Position numbers and translations under genes: made by a program | The notes under the pieces: generated by a model | What the model was told of the DNA's origin: nothing | Database searches by the model: none | The model's input: only the letters and a program-made list of their open reading frames with translations | In this document: one piece after another, positions 1 through 9,344 of the stretch | How the letters are laid out: each line of letters begins with the position of its first letter | How positions within the stretch are numbered: the first letter of the stretch is position 1 | Origin: Promethearchaeia archaeon | GTDB lineage: Archaea > Asgardarchaeota > Lokiarchaeia > Sigyniarchaeales > SOKP01 | DNA: 64,000 nucleotides | Assembly: GCA_029856145.1 (NCBI GenBank) | Contig: JAHQWK010000001.1 | Location: 32,001 to 96,000, forward strand | Direction: 5' to 3'

Positions 1-69
1 TCCACCACCTAACACGATTAAATCATAGGTTTTTTCTAAATCGATACCTTCCATATCAATATTAAACAT
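1..69 (-). CDS. trxB: Thioredoxin reductase-like FAD-dependent oxidoreductase, 5' end only (runs off the window)
   Basis: Manual translation from ATG at 69 gives MFNIDMEGIDLEKTYDLIVLGGG, the start of a Rossmann GxG motif; it lies downstream of three PDO genes on the same strand. Not in the ORF track. Confidence 0.65.
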   Translation of the reverse strand, partial: MFNIDMEGIDLEKTYDLIVLGGG

Positions 70-120
70 CTTTTTCTCCCCTTCCTATATTAAATTATTA
101 TCACAAATTATTATTTTATA

Positions 121-777
121 TTATAATATTACCATATTCTCTCCAATAAGTTCCTCTAGTAATTCATTAGGACCATAACAACCAATCAACGGTTCTTTTT
201 TATTTATGATTGTATAAGGAACACTGGAGGTATTATATAGTTTTCCAATATCCGGATTTTCCATTATGTCTATTATCTCAACTCTAATTTTTCCTCCCGC
301 AGCAAGCGCAAATTGGGAAGTAAGACTTACCATCTGAGGGGAGTAAGCACATGAATTAGTTATCATCACTTTAATAGTTGAAGGAACTATCTTATTAAGA
401 TTCTTTTTAATAGCAGGTTCATAATAATTCAAAGCTCCCCCGAAAATTAATAAAGCTTGAATAAATGGTTGGGTTTCGCTGCCTTGTGGAGCTGATAAAT
501 ATCGAATGAGCTCATTCCCCTCATTGTCAATTAATAATACTGTTGGGTCTCTTTCAATATTATATCTTTTCTCTAAATCTGGGTTCTTTCCGATCGGTAG
601 CTCTACAATGGTTAACATTTCATTGGAATTCTCTTCATAAATTTTTAGAATTGACATCGTATACTCATAATTTTGAGATTTCTTATTTTTATCTATAAAT
701 ACGTGTAGCTTAACAGGTTTAGAAAGCTTTTTCATCTCATCACGTATCATTTTTTTGAATATATATGAAGCCGGCAA
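121..777 (-). CDS. Protein disulfide oxidoreductase (PDO/AhpF N-terminal-like) paralog with degenerate active sites
   Basis: Two thioredoxin folds, clearly similar to both upstream paralogs (IRYLSAPQG, IKVMIT). N-terminal CxxC is absent and the C-terminal motif is CAYS. Confidence 0.85.
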   Translation of the reverse strand: MPASYIFKKMIRDEMKKLSKPVKLHVFIDKNKKSQNYEYTMSILKIYEENSNEMLTIVELPIGKNPDLEKRYNIERDPTVLLIDNEGNELIRYLSAPQGSETQPFIQALLIFGGALNYYEPAIKKNLNKIVPSTIKVMITNSCAYSPQMVSLTSQFALAAGGKIRVEIIDIMENPDIGKLYNTSSVPYTIINKKEPLIGCYGPNELLEELIGENMVIL

Positions 778-837
778 TTTTATCTCCTCTTACAAATAAT
801 TATTTTCATAATTTTTAACATAATTAAATTAAAAGGA

Positions 838-1521
838 TCAATATTGAACGCGAATATTACCTCCAATCAAAGCTTGTAAAATTTTATTTGCCCCCACCAT
901 TCCAACTAAGGTCTTTTGATCGTTTATAATAGTATATGGCACACCAGCCGCGTCATAATATTGACCGATATCAGGATTAGCTATAATATCAATAATAATT
1001 GTTCTTATTTTTCCTTCTGAAGCTATGGCAAATAAACTACAGATATTCACTATCTGAGGGCAGTATGGACAAGTCTCAGTTATCATTACCTTTATTGTAG
1101 AAGGTTGAATTCTGTCTAAATTTTGTTTTATCGTCGCTTTATAATAATTGGGTGCCCCAGCAAAAACAAATATAGCTTGGATAAAGGGTTGAATTTCACC
1201 TCCTTGAGGGGCTGCTAAATAACGTATAATCTCCTTTTCTTTCTCATCAATGAATAAGATTGTGGGTACTCTTGAAATATCATAACTCTTAGCAAATTCA
1301 GGATTTTCATCAATACATAATTCCTCAATTGCTAACATTCCATTTGAGTTTTCTTCATAAACTCTCAATAATGCCATAAACTGATTACAATCCATACATT
1401 CTCTTATTTGGCTCCCAGGTGGCTGTTTCTCTTTACATGTAAATACTTTTAATTTAACTGGTTTCCTTAATTTTGCCATTTCTCCCTTGATTATTTCTCT
1501 ATATTTATCATCTTGAGTCAT
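838..1521 (-). CDS. Protein disulfide oxidoreductase (double thioredoxin fold)
   Basis: CMDC and CPYC motifs, cis-Pro motifs RVP and GVP. Confidence 0.9.
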   Translation of the reverse strand: MTQDDKYREIIKGEMAKLRKPVKLKVFTCKEKQPPGSQIRECMDCNQFMALLRVYEENSNGMLAIEELCIDENPEFAKSYDISRVPTILFIDEKEKEIIRYLAAPQGGEIQPFIQAIFVFAGAPNYYKATIKQNLDRIQPSTIKVMITETCPYCPQIVNICSLFAIASEGKIRTIIIDIIANPDIGQYYDAAGVPYTIINDQKTLVGMVGANKILQALIGGNIRVQY

Positions 1522-1544
1522 TAACTAAAATCACCTTAAATTAA

Positions 1545-2240
1545 TTATGCGTAGATTCCTCCAAAATCTCGATCTTTCGAACCGACAAGTTTCTCTAGTA
1601 AATCTTGAGGAGTAAACATTCCGTGAATAACTTCTTTTTCATTTATTACTGTCATGGGGACACCTTGAACTTGGTATTTCATACCGAGCTCTGGGTTTAA
1701 ATTAACATCAATTACTTCCGCTGAAATCTTTCCTTTAGAAACTAAAGCGAATAATGTTAAAACTGGAACAGTAGCAGGACAATAGGGACACGTTGGAGTT
1801 ATAAAGATTTTCATATTTGACTTTCCTATCTTTTTAAGATGAGTAAGGATTTGATCCGTATAATAAGGTCTTACTCCTGAGAAGTATTGTATACTATTAA
1901 GAAATGGTACAAATTCAGATCCTACAGGTTGTGCTAAGTATCGAATAATTTCTTTATCATTTTCATCTACAAATAATATAGCAGGGATCTTAGTAACATT
2001 GAATTTTTTTGCTTCTTCTTCATTTTCTTCAGTGGAGATTTCCTCAATTTTAAGTTTTCCATCAGATAAATCCTCAAGAGTTTTTAACAGCTCATACGTC
2101 CCACCACAAGCCATACACTTTCTAAATCTTGTTCCATCTTCATTGGTTTTAAAATCAGTAAACAGTTTAAGTACAACCTTTCCTTTTAATTTACTCATTT
2201 CTCTTTTAATATTATCCATTTCATTTTCAGAAAATAACAT
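1545..2240 (-). CDS. Protein disulfide oxidoreductase (double thioredoxin fold)
   Basis: CMAC and CPYC motifs, QGVP. Start placed at ATG 2240 because a GGGTGA Shine-Dalgarno (SD) motif lies just upstream; the ORF track starts at 2252. Confidence 0.9.
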   Translation of the reverse strand: MLFSENEMDNIKREMSKLKGKVVLKLFTDFKTNEDGTRFRKCMACGGTYELLKTLEDLSDGKLKIEEISTEENEEEAKKFNVTKIPAILFVDENDKEIIRYLAQPVGSEFVPFLNSIQYFSGVRPYYTDQILTHLKKIGKSNMKIFITPTCPYCPATVPVLTLFALVSKGKISAEVIDVNLNPELGMKYQVQGVPMTVINEKEVIHGMFTPQDLLEKLVGSKDRDFGGIYA

Positions 2241-2370
2241 AAAATCACCCATTAATTCAATCTATTATGAATATTTGCTATCTTACTTAAAAGAATTTTT
2301 CGTTTAAATTATAAAAAAAACTGGTTCTAAATTGTTATTGAATAAAATTGAATAAAATAACATTAATAAT

Positions 2371-3552
2371 TCAAAAGATATCTTTCAATGACTTATTATT
2401 AGTCTCCTCAATTAGTTTTTTAAAAATAAAATACAATATCAACCCAATTAGAAAACCAATTGCTATATTAAATAAGTAGCAAAGAATTGCTGAGATTAAT
2501 ATTATAGGGAACGATTTAATATTAAAATCTTTGAAAGCCATTTTACCTAATAGAAGGGCAGTATAAATAAGCATAGCACCTAAAATAGCCATAGGAAACT
2601 CTTTGAAAAGTAGAAGTAATGTTTCAGAGAAAAATAAACCAAGCATTAGTTCCATTATCCCCTCCATTATCATTGATCCCCCAGTTCTAGCTCCAAATGC
2701 GTATTGTGCCATTAACCCTCCAGATCCATGACATAAAGGCATTCCTACTAAAAAAGGATTAATTAAATTCATCGCACCCATATTAAAAGCTAAAGTATTA
2801 GCATCAATCCCTTCTTTCTCTGGAAAAAGCTCTTTAATTAACACGACAGTAGCAATCATAACATTTGTTAATGTTAAAAATAATTGTGCAATTCCCGCAT
2901 ATAACATACCTAGTAAAAAATTTTCCCAAGTTGGAAATTGAAAGCTTAAACTTGGCAATCCAAATTTCAAATTTGTTATACTAATAGTACCAGTAATAAA
3001 CATTATCAAAATACCCCCAAATGTAAGGATAATCGCCGAAGGAATTGGTTTATTCTTTATCAATAATAAAATAATTAAGATTGATATAATACCTAAAAAC
3101 AAGTTTTCACCAAAGAATAAAATTCCTGTCCATCCTAAAATAAGTGCTAAACCAAGTTGGATTCCCCTAACTGCTATAATAGGTACTTTACTTACGATTT
3201 TATTAAGTTTTTTTGAGAATCCAAGAACAAACCATACAACTCCGGTACCAAATCCAGTAGAGATAACCATGTTAGGATTCCAACCTTTTGATATAGCCAC
3301 AGCACCAATCGTTTTTTGGGGTTGCACAGGAAGTGGGAGATTGAATTTTAATCCTAATATGACATTTGTAATTCCCAAAGTAAGAAAGATTCCTGCAGGA
3401 TTTAAACCTACAATTGAGATATATCCAATTATAAAAGGAATTAATGTTCCCCAATCTCCAAAAGAGCCCCCAAATTCTCTTAAAGTAAATTTCTTATATT
3501 TCTCTTCGCTTTCTTTTTCAATGCCATTAATATTAGGGACCAAATTAATCAA
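2371..3552 (-). CDS. Putative molybdate/sulfate transporter (MOT1 family)
   Basis: Polytopic membrane protein with GSFGDWGTLIP, PLPVQPQK and PLCHGSGG...QYAFGARTG motifs. Confidence 0.85.
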   Translation of the reverse strand: MINLVPNINGIEKESEEKYKKFTLREFGGSFGDWGTLIPFIIGYISIVGLNPAGIFLTLGITNVILGLKFNLPLPVQPQKTIGAVAISKGWNPNMVISTGFGTGVVWFVLGFSKKLNKIVSKVPIIAVRGIQLGLALILGWTGILFFGENLFLGIISILIILLLIKNKPIPSAIILTFGGILIMFITGTISITNLKFGLPSLSFQFPTWENFLLGMLYAGIAQLFLTLTNVMIATVVLIKELFPEKEGIDANTLAFNMGAMNLINPFLVGMPLCHGSGGLMAQYAFGARTGGSMIMEGIMELMLGLFFSETLLLLFKEFPMAILGAMLIYTALLLGKMAFKDFNIKSFPIILISAILCYLFNIAIGFLIGLILYFIFKKLIEETNNKSLKDIF

Positions 3553-3754
3553 ATATAAAAAAAATTCTAAATTTATTAAATTTCTTAAAATAAATCAAAA
3601 TAATTTATATTCATTTAGTAAAATTACACTTCGAAACGTTCTTTTTAACTTTCAATAAATTTAAAAATATTCAATTTATCATATTTGCAGATTTAGCTTT
3701 ATCTAATAAATCTTAATAACCTTAAGAATTTTTTATCCATTCTTTTGATTAAGA

Positions 3755-4089
3755 GTATTTCAGTGTCTCTCTTACATAATGCAATAAAATATAATCAAAT
3801 TCAGCTTATTAAAATTCAAATTACTATTTGTAAAACCGAAAATAGTAGAAAGAACTATATTGTGATGGAATTTAAGGATATCGGTATAAGCATTATTGAT
3901 TACTAGAAAGAATTAATATTCCAAAAAGGACATAAGAACGACAATCATTTAAGAGGAATGGGAATTGGGCTATCTCTTGTGAAAAAGATTATTGAAAGCT
4001 ATAATGGTAAAATTTGGGTCGAAAATCGCATAAAAAATGATTAGAGTCAGGGAAGTAATTTTGTAGTAGAAATTCCAGAAGCAATCTAA
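3755..4089 (+). pseudogene. Histidine kinase HATPase_c remnant
   Basis: Manual translation: VFQC/(frameshift)LLHNAIKY...FKDIGISIIDY*KELIFQKG...GMGIGLSLVKKIIESYNGKIWVENRIKND*SQGSNFVVEIPEAI*. N, G1, F and G2 boxes are recognisable; in-frame TAG at 3904 and 4042; no 5' part. Confidence 0.85.
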
Positions 4090-4133
4090 AAGTAAATATT
4101 TTTGAAACTCATATAAAACTTTTTTAATCCAAT

Positions 4134-5123
4134 TTATAGTAATAATTCAAATAAATCTATAGCTTTTGGGTGAATTTTGCATTGTTTACTAAATCGACGA
4201 AGAATCCACCAACAAGAAGGACAATATGTTGTAACATAATCAAGATCTTCTCGATTAAAATCAGACATTCTCTTATGTGCAATTTGTTCTATTACGTCGG
4301 TTCGCCCCATCCATCCAGAACCACCACCACAACACCAATGAGGAACATTTACAACATCATATCCAATCTTTTTAAGGATATTATCAATAATCTCATCCAC
4401 TCCTTCTTTACCTCTATTCTTTAATTGACATAAATGTTGTACTCCTACTCTACCTGATTTACGTCCATTTGAAGGTTTCAAGTAATCAGAAATATATTTT
4501 ACTTCAGCATTTAGACCCTCCATTTCATTTTTAAAAAGATAATAACAAGCAGGGCACAAACAAATTATTTCTTTAAATTTTCTTGTATTAAAAATCTCTC
4601 TATTCTCCTTTACACATATTTCATATTCATTTCTTAATCCACTGATTTTAAGGTGCCATCCACAACAGATTTCCGTATCCAAAATAGTGAAATCAATCTC
4701 TTGCTGTATTAGATATTGAAGAGCATGTTGCGTGTACTGAGGAATTCTTATCGTAGAAAGACAACCCATAAAAAAAAGAGTATCTGATTCGCTTGAAATT
4801 CCTTTATATCTTTTTATTCGCATTTTATTAGTAGGATAGGGCGATCTATATTTTTCAAAATATTCACGCATTTCATTAATTCCTTCGAATGAATTTCCAT
4901 CTTCAATATATTTTTGTTTTAATGAAATTCGTTCACTTTCAGTCTCACATTCTCCACAATGAACACAATTATAGAGTTTATAATAATCATCTGAGCTAAA
5001 TTTAAAAGTGTCTTTTTTACTAAGAAGATCCTTTACTGATTCATCATTGATGAAATTTTTTGAATCAACCTCATCAGTGGGGTAATTCTTTCTTCCTACT
5101 ATTCGTTCTTTTATTGTAATCAC
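4134..5123 (-). CDS. Fe-S oxidoreductase with two CCG domains (HdrD/GlpC-like)
   Basis: CVHCGEC, FMGC, EICCG, CPAC, HLC, CCGGG and YCPSC motifs. True start may be ATA at 5114. Confidence 0.85.
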   Translation of the reverse strand: MITIKERIVGRKNYPTDEVDSKNFINDESVKDLLSKKDTFKFSSDDYYKLYNCVHCGECETESERISLKQKYIEDGNSFEGINEMREYFEKYRSPYPTNKMRIKRYKGISSESDTLFFMGCLSTIRIPQYTQHALQYLIQQEIDFTILDTEICCGWHLKISGLRNEYEICVKENREIFNTRKFKEIICLCPACYYLFKNEMEGLNAEVKYISDYLKPSNGRKSGRVGVQHLCQLKNRGKEGVDEIIDNILKKIGYDVVNVPHWCCGGGSGWMGRTDVIEQIAHKRMSDFNREDLDYVTTYCPSCWWILRRFSKQCKIHPKAIDLFELLL

Positions 5124-5293
5124 CTATTAATTTCAAATTTATGTTAATAATTAAAGATTTATGTTAAAGATTATAAGATTTATAAAGAAAACTGAATTCT
5201 AAAGCGATAGTTTATATTATTTTGAAGCTTATTTGTATAATTAGGAAACATTATGAATCTATTAGCTATAATAAGATTAAACTCCAAATAACG

Positions 5294-6400
5294 ATGATTG
5301 AAGATTTATTAATTATTAATGAATCAGGAGCACTTTTATATAATTGGCATCCAGAAGGTTATAAAGGCAACATGAACGATGATTTACTTAGTGGCTTCTT
5401 GACTGCGATTAATAGTTTTGCCACTGTAGAAAGGGGCGAGGATCTAAAGTCTCTTAAGATGAAAGAAACTCAAATTATTTTTGAAAAGTATGAAGAGTTT
5501 TTCCAAAAAATAACCTTTGTGATTACTACTAAAAATGAGGAATTAATTGAATTATTACATGCAGTTATTCATGAAATTATGGAAAGCTTTGCAAAACTTT
5601 TTAGCGAAAGCCTTAATAAAAAATTTAATGGTTTGGTATCAGAATATCAAATATTTGATAATTATGTTAAGCAAATAATTAACTCACATGGTTTGGATAT
5701 ATTAAATGACTCTATAAAGAAAATTGATATGGATACACCTTTAAAAGCCATTATGTTTCTCGAACCGAAAGGAGGTAATGTCTACTATATCCACGCTAAA
5801 CAATATGTTAACAAAGATAAAATCAGTTTTCTCATTCCTCTGATCATAAATTCTTCGAAATTATTGTACCAAAATAATCTTAATGAAAAATTATATTGGA
5901 TTCTTCTTAATACTGTTCGTAATGAAAATCTAATAGTCGAACCTCGGAATAACATTCTGATTGCAAAACAATATCAATTATCAGAAAATTTTGAAGATGA
6001 ATATTTAGGATTGGAATTTTTCAACGAAAAAGATAAGTATGTCAAAAAGCCTAAAAAATTAATTGAAAAATTTGAAAGTGTAGATTGGAACCCTAAAATC
6101 AAACAAATTTATTTAATAGATATGGTAGGTAAAATATTTTATTCAGAAATTTTTGATAAGGCTTATGATTGTTCCGATTATATTCCAGAGACTATAAGCT
6201 TTTTGACAGCTTCAAAGAAAGCAAGTGAAGAAATCTATAATAGAATATTATTTAATGCAAGTATTGGTGGAGAAAAATTAGCTACTATATGTATGAATTT
6301 TAATAACTTTGCTTTAACTTTGATTGGTAAAATTCAGGATTTTACCGATTATAAAGTAATTCAAAAGACTTGTCTGGACATTTATCAACAATTAATATGA
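5294..6400 (+). CDS. Multi-module longin/roadblock-like protein (Asgard eukaryotic-signature type)
   Basis: N-terminus MIEDLLIINESGALLY...DDLLSGFLTAINSFA resembles longin domains; two later segments open with similar strand-turn-strand motifs. Start chosen at ATG 5294. Confidence 0.6.
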   Translation: MIEDLLIINESGALLYNWHPEGYKGNMNDDLLSGFLTAINSFATVERGEDLKSLKMKETQIIFEKYEEFFQKITFVITTKNEELIELLHAVIHEIMESFAKLFSESLNKKFNGLVSEYQIFDNYVKQIINSHGLDILNDSIKKIDMDTPLKAIMFLEPKGGNVYYIHAKQYVNKDKISFLIPLIINSSKLLYQNNLNEKLYWILLNTVRNENLIVEPRNNILIAKQYQLSENFEDEYLGLEFFNEKDKYVKKPKKLIEKFESVDWNPKIKQIYLIDMVGKIFYSEIFDKAYDCSDYIPETISFLTASKKASEEIYNRILFNASIGGEKLATICMNFNNFALTLIGKIQDFTDYKVIQKTCLDIYQQLI

Positions 6401-6527
6401 TATAAATTGTATATAACTAAAATTAGTTTAAATTATAAATGAAAGATTCATATTTGGGATTATTATATTATAAAATTATATAGATTTTAAATTCAATAAA
6501 ACAAACTAAAATTAGGAGAAATTTTAA

Positions 6528-7583
6528 ATGTCCGCTCTTGAATTATGGATTGAATTAATGATATTACAAACAATAATAGGTTATTGCTTTGTTTTGGCAA
6601 ATGATTTCATCGGAATATATAATATAAGAGATCTAAATCTCATGAAGGGAGATTTTGTTATAGTCAAATATCATAAGAGATTTGGATGGATTGAAGTTAC
6701 TATTTTTTACGCTTTATTTGCTCAGTGCATGTACATGCTTGCTCAACATATCATCGCTTCTGATCCATTATTACTAATTCCCTCCGGTGTTTGGTCACAT
6801 ACTTGGATCGGAGGTTTAATTGCCACTATTTTAGTAAGTTTTAAGTTTATTGTTGCTCGATTTAAAAAAGATAGTATCTATTTATATGGCAAATACATTG
6901 GCCCTATTGGATTTTTAGGGTGGAGTCTATCTCACTGGACAAGTCTTTATAACTTTTATTTTGTCGTATTACCATATTGGCAGTCTTTAGGGCGCTCAAC
7001 TATAATTGCACCTTCTTCCTTTATATGGGCAGCTATTATTCCATTTATAGGGGGTGCTGGACTATTCCTTTTAGTTCTTTTTAAAAGAGGCTCAACCTTA
7101 AAAGAAAAAACACGCTTTGCATTCAATCAGATTGCCTTTCTGCTTCATGGAGTTACTTTTGGATATGAAAAATCCGCCAAGGAGCTACTTGGGACACCAA
7201 CCTTATTCAAATATGTTGTACCAAGAACTTACGAATTTATTGAGAAGATGATGACTATGTCAGGATTGAATATGAGAAAATTAGAAAAATTGAGTCTATC
7301 TGATGCCTTAAATGAATTTATAAAAATGGCAGAAAAAATTGGGATGGCAGAAAAAGTTAAGGTAAAATGGGAGTCAGAAAAATCTTTTACAATTGAATCT
7401 GTAAATTGTTCAACAGCCCAAGTTAGAAGTGTTATGACAAAGGAAGAATTAACTAATGCTGTTTGTCCATGGGCCATATTTGCTGCTTCTATCGCAAACA
7501 AAATAACTGCAAAAGAATTAAGAATGGAGCCTTCAGAATTTAATGAAATTGGAGCTATTACAAAATTAACTTTAGTAGATTGA
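6528..7583 (+). CDS. Membrane protein with His-containing TM bundle fused to a V4R/MetOD1-like C-terminal domain
   Basis: About 5 hydrophobic segments with YHKRFG, SHTWIG and SHWTS; soluble C-terminal domain with SVNC...VCPW. Confidence 0.6.
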   Translation: MSALELWIELMILQTIIGYCFVLANDFIGIYNIRDLNLMKGDFVIVKYHKRFGWIEVTIFYALFAQCMYMLAQHIIASDPLLLIPSGVWSHTWIGGLIATILVSFKFIVARFKKDSIYLYGKYIGPIGFLGWSLSHWTSLYNFYFVVLPYWQSLGRSTIIAPSSFIWAAIIPFIGGAGLFLLVLFKRGSTLKEKTRFAFNQIAFLLHGVTFGYEKSAKELLGTPTLFKYVVPRTYEFIEKMMTMSGLNMRKLEKLSLSDALNEFIKMAEKIGMAEKVKVKWESEKSFTIESVNCSTAQVRSVMTKEELTNAVCPWAIFAASIANKITAKELRMEPSEFNEIGAITKLTLVD

Positions 7584-7614
7584 ATATTTAATAAAAATAG
7601 AAAATTTTTTTTTT

Positions 7615-7770
7615 TTAATCTTCTTTTAATTTTACATCAGTTCGCTGAACTCCTACTTCCTTATTGCTTGGTATAGGAGATCCACAATGATCTCTTAACC
7701 TTTCGCTATCTTTAAATGCTTTATCAAGTTCGTCTTCTAATTCATCATCAGTTACTTCTTTATCTGACAT
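7615..7770 (-). CDS. Small acidic hypothetical protein (51 aa)
   Basis: Manual: MSDKEVTDDELEDELDKAFKDSERLRDHCGSPIPSNKEVGVQRTDVKLKED*. A TATA-like CTTAAATA lies ~22 nt upstream. Below the ORF-track cutoff. Confidence 0.55.
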   Translation of the reverse strand: MSDKEVTDDELEDELDKAFKDSERLRDHCGSPIPSNKEVGVQRTDVKLKED

Positions 7771-7887
7771 AATAAATAAAGAGAATCTGTACTATTTAAG
7801 GATTTTATTTATAAAAAATTGACCTTAGATATCAAACCATTTTCTAAAAATTAAGAAAAATCAAAGAAATAATAATATTAAAAAAAT

Positions 7888-8253
7888 TTACACGTTAAAA
7901 TATTCAGAAACAGCCTTCTCTTTTTCAATAGATCTCCTTTCAGGAACAGCTATGTAATCTTTCTTAATCGTCTCATAAAAATCTTCACGCATATATAAAT
8001 TGCAATAACAAGCACCAAATTCTTTTACATCAAGAGGAGCATAATTACATGGACATATTAAATCCCTATCTAATTCTCTTTTTCCTGATGCTAAACGACA
8101 TGGACAAGATTGGTAACCTAAATTAATCTTATTATCCACTAATCCATCTATCAAATCATTAAAAGTATTGCTATCCATATTTAAGATCCAGTTGTTTTTT
8201 TCACTTACTTGTTCAACATATTTAGTCATACCTTCCTTAGATTCCATATCCAA
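7888..8253 (-). CDS. Ferredoxin:thioredoxin reductase catalytic subunit-like
   Basis: CPCR...CPC...CYC signature. Confidence 0.92.
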   Translation of the reverse strand: MDMESKEGMTKYVEQVSEKNNWILNMDSNTFNDLIDGLVDNKINLGYQSCPCRLASGKRELDRDLICPCNYAPLDVKEFGACYCNLYMREDFYETIKKDYIAVPERRSIEKEKAVSEYFNV

Positions 8254-8254
8254 T

Positions 8255-8566
8255 TTAATTACCTCCAGATTTCACTAATTCCTCATATTTGCCTGGGTTG
8301 TATCCAACAACAAAATCATCATCACAAATCATAAAAGGATAAGAGATTCTAGATTGATAATTTTCTCGCAAGTGGGCTAAAATTTTCGATTTTTCTTCAA
8401 ACTCAATTTTATCTACATCCACATATTTGTATTGGACATCACGATCCTTCAACCAAGCTTTACATTTTTTGCACCACATACACGTAGATAAGGTTAGAAT
8501 GGTTACATCTCTACTTTTATTTGAACCCTCAACTGTCTGGGCTAATTTATCAATAATTTCAGACAT
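8255..8566 (-). CDS. Glutaredoxin/NrdH-like redoxin
   Basis: CMWC motif, SYP cis-Pro, VVGY; directly adjacent to the FTR gene. Confidence 0.9.
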   Translation of the reverse strand: MSEIIDKLAQTVEGSNKSRDVTILTLSTCMWCKKCKAWLKDRDVQYKYVDVDKIEFEEKSKILAHLRENYQSRISYPFMICDDDFVVGYNPGKYEELVKSGGN

Positions 8567-8604
8567 AATATAATTTACTCCTTATTTTTAAATAACTTTT
8601 TGCT

Positions 8605-9054
8605 TCATGCAGTTTTAACATTCATTTTCCAATTTGGATCTATACACTCAAAAGCCTCTTCTGTGAGCTTTCTTATATCATTATGACACGAATCTAATAG
8701 GATACCTAAATGCTCAAGTGCTCTTTTGTCTCCTATTTTCATTAGACTCTCAATGATAATAAACAATCTTGTTTTATTTTGTTCTTCTTCTGGTTTCTCC
8801 AATTCATCTTTTAAAAAATCTATAATTAATATAGTAGCTTTTGGATCTCGAATTTCACCCATAGCTTCAATAATTCGATTTATAACGACAATATCCTTTT
8901 CAGATTTTAGAGCTCTTGACAAAATATTTGTTGCTCTTCCCTCTTTCATTTGTCCTATAGCTTGTGCTGCTATTGCTCTGTCCTTCCAATTAGAACTACT
9001 AAATAAAATTTTTACATGCTTATTATATGCTTCATTTTGAGCTTTATGATCCAT
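8605..9054 (-). CDS. HEAT/PBS-lyase repeat protein
   Basis: Repeated A/SxGxIxDxxA helical repeats. Confidence 0.8.
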   Translation of the reverse strand: MDHKAQNEAYNKHVKILFSSSNWKDRAIAAQAIGQMKEGRATNILSRALKSEKDIVVINRIIEAMGEIRDPKATILIIDFLKDELEKPEEEQNKTRLFIIIESLMKIGDKRALEHLGILLDSCHNDIRKLTEEAFECIDPNWKMNVKTA

Positions 9055-9158
9055 CTTAAGATTAGAATAAGCATAAGGAATAAGAATCTGATCATAATAA
9101 TTTATTAATAATTAATGAAAAATGGATTAAATGAAAAGCGAAAATAGGTTTTTATTTT
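9019..9158. repeat. 140-bp direct repeat, copy 1 (upstream region plus first 12 codons of the HEAT gene)
   Basis: Colinear with 10046-10185 (offset 1027); about 12 substitutions and no indels by manual alignment. Confidence 0.9.
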
Positions 9159-9344
9159 AATTTTAAATTAATTCTATAAAAAATAGTAGACTGAATTTGG
9201 GCTTAATCTGAATCTAATTTTTTGATAATCACTACAATGACTTTCTACAAAAAAACCTTTAAATAGTTTCTTCCTTTATTATTGACATAAAGAGAAATCC
9301 ACTTAAAATGATTAATATTAAAGAACTAATTTAGGGGAAGATAT

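Noticed and set aside
3904-4044. Pyrrolysine/amber read-through of two in-frame TAGs in the kinase fragment
   Set aside because: The fragment also has a frameshift and no 5' end, and several intact genes here (rbr, ABC ATPase, mobB, CDP-alcohol transferase) end normally at TAG.
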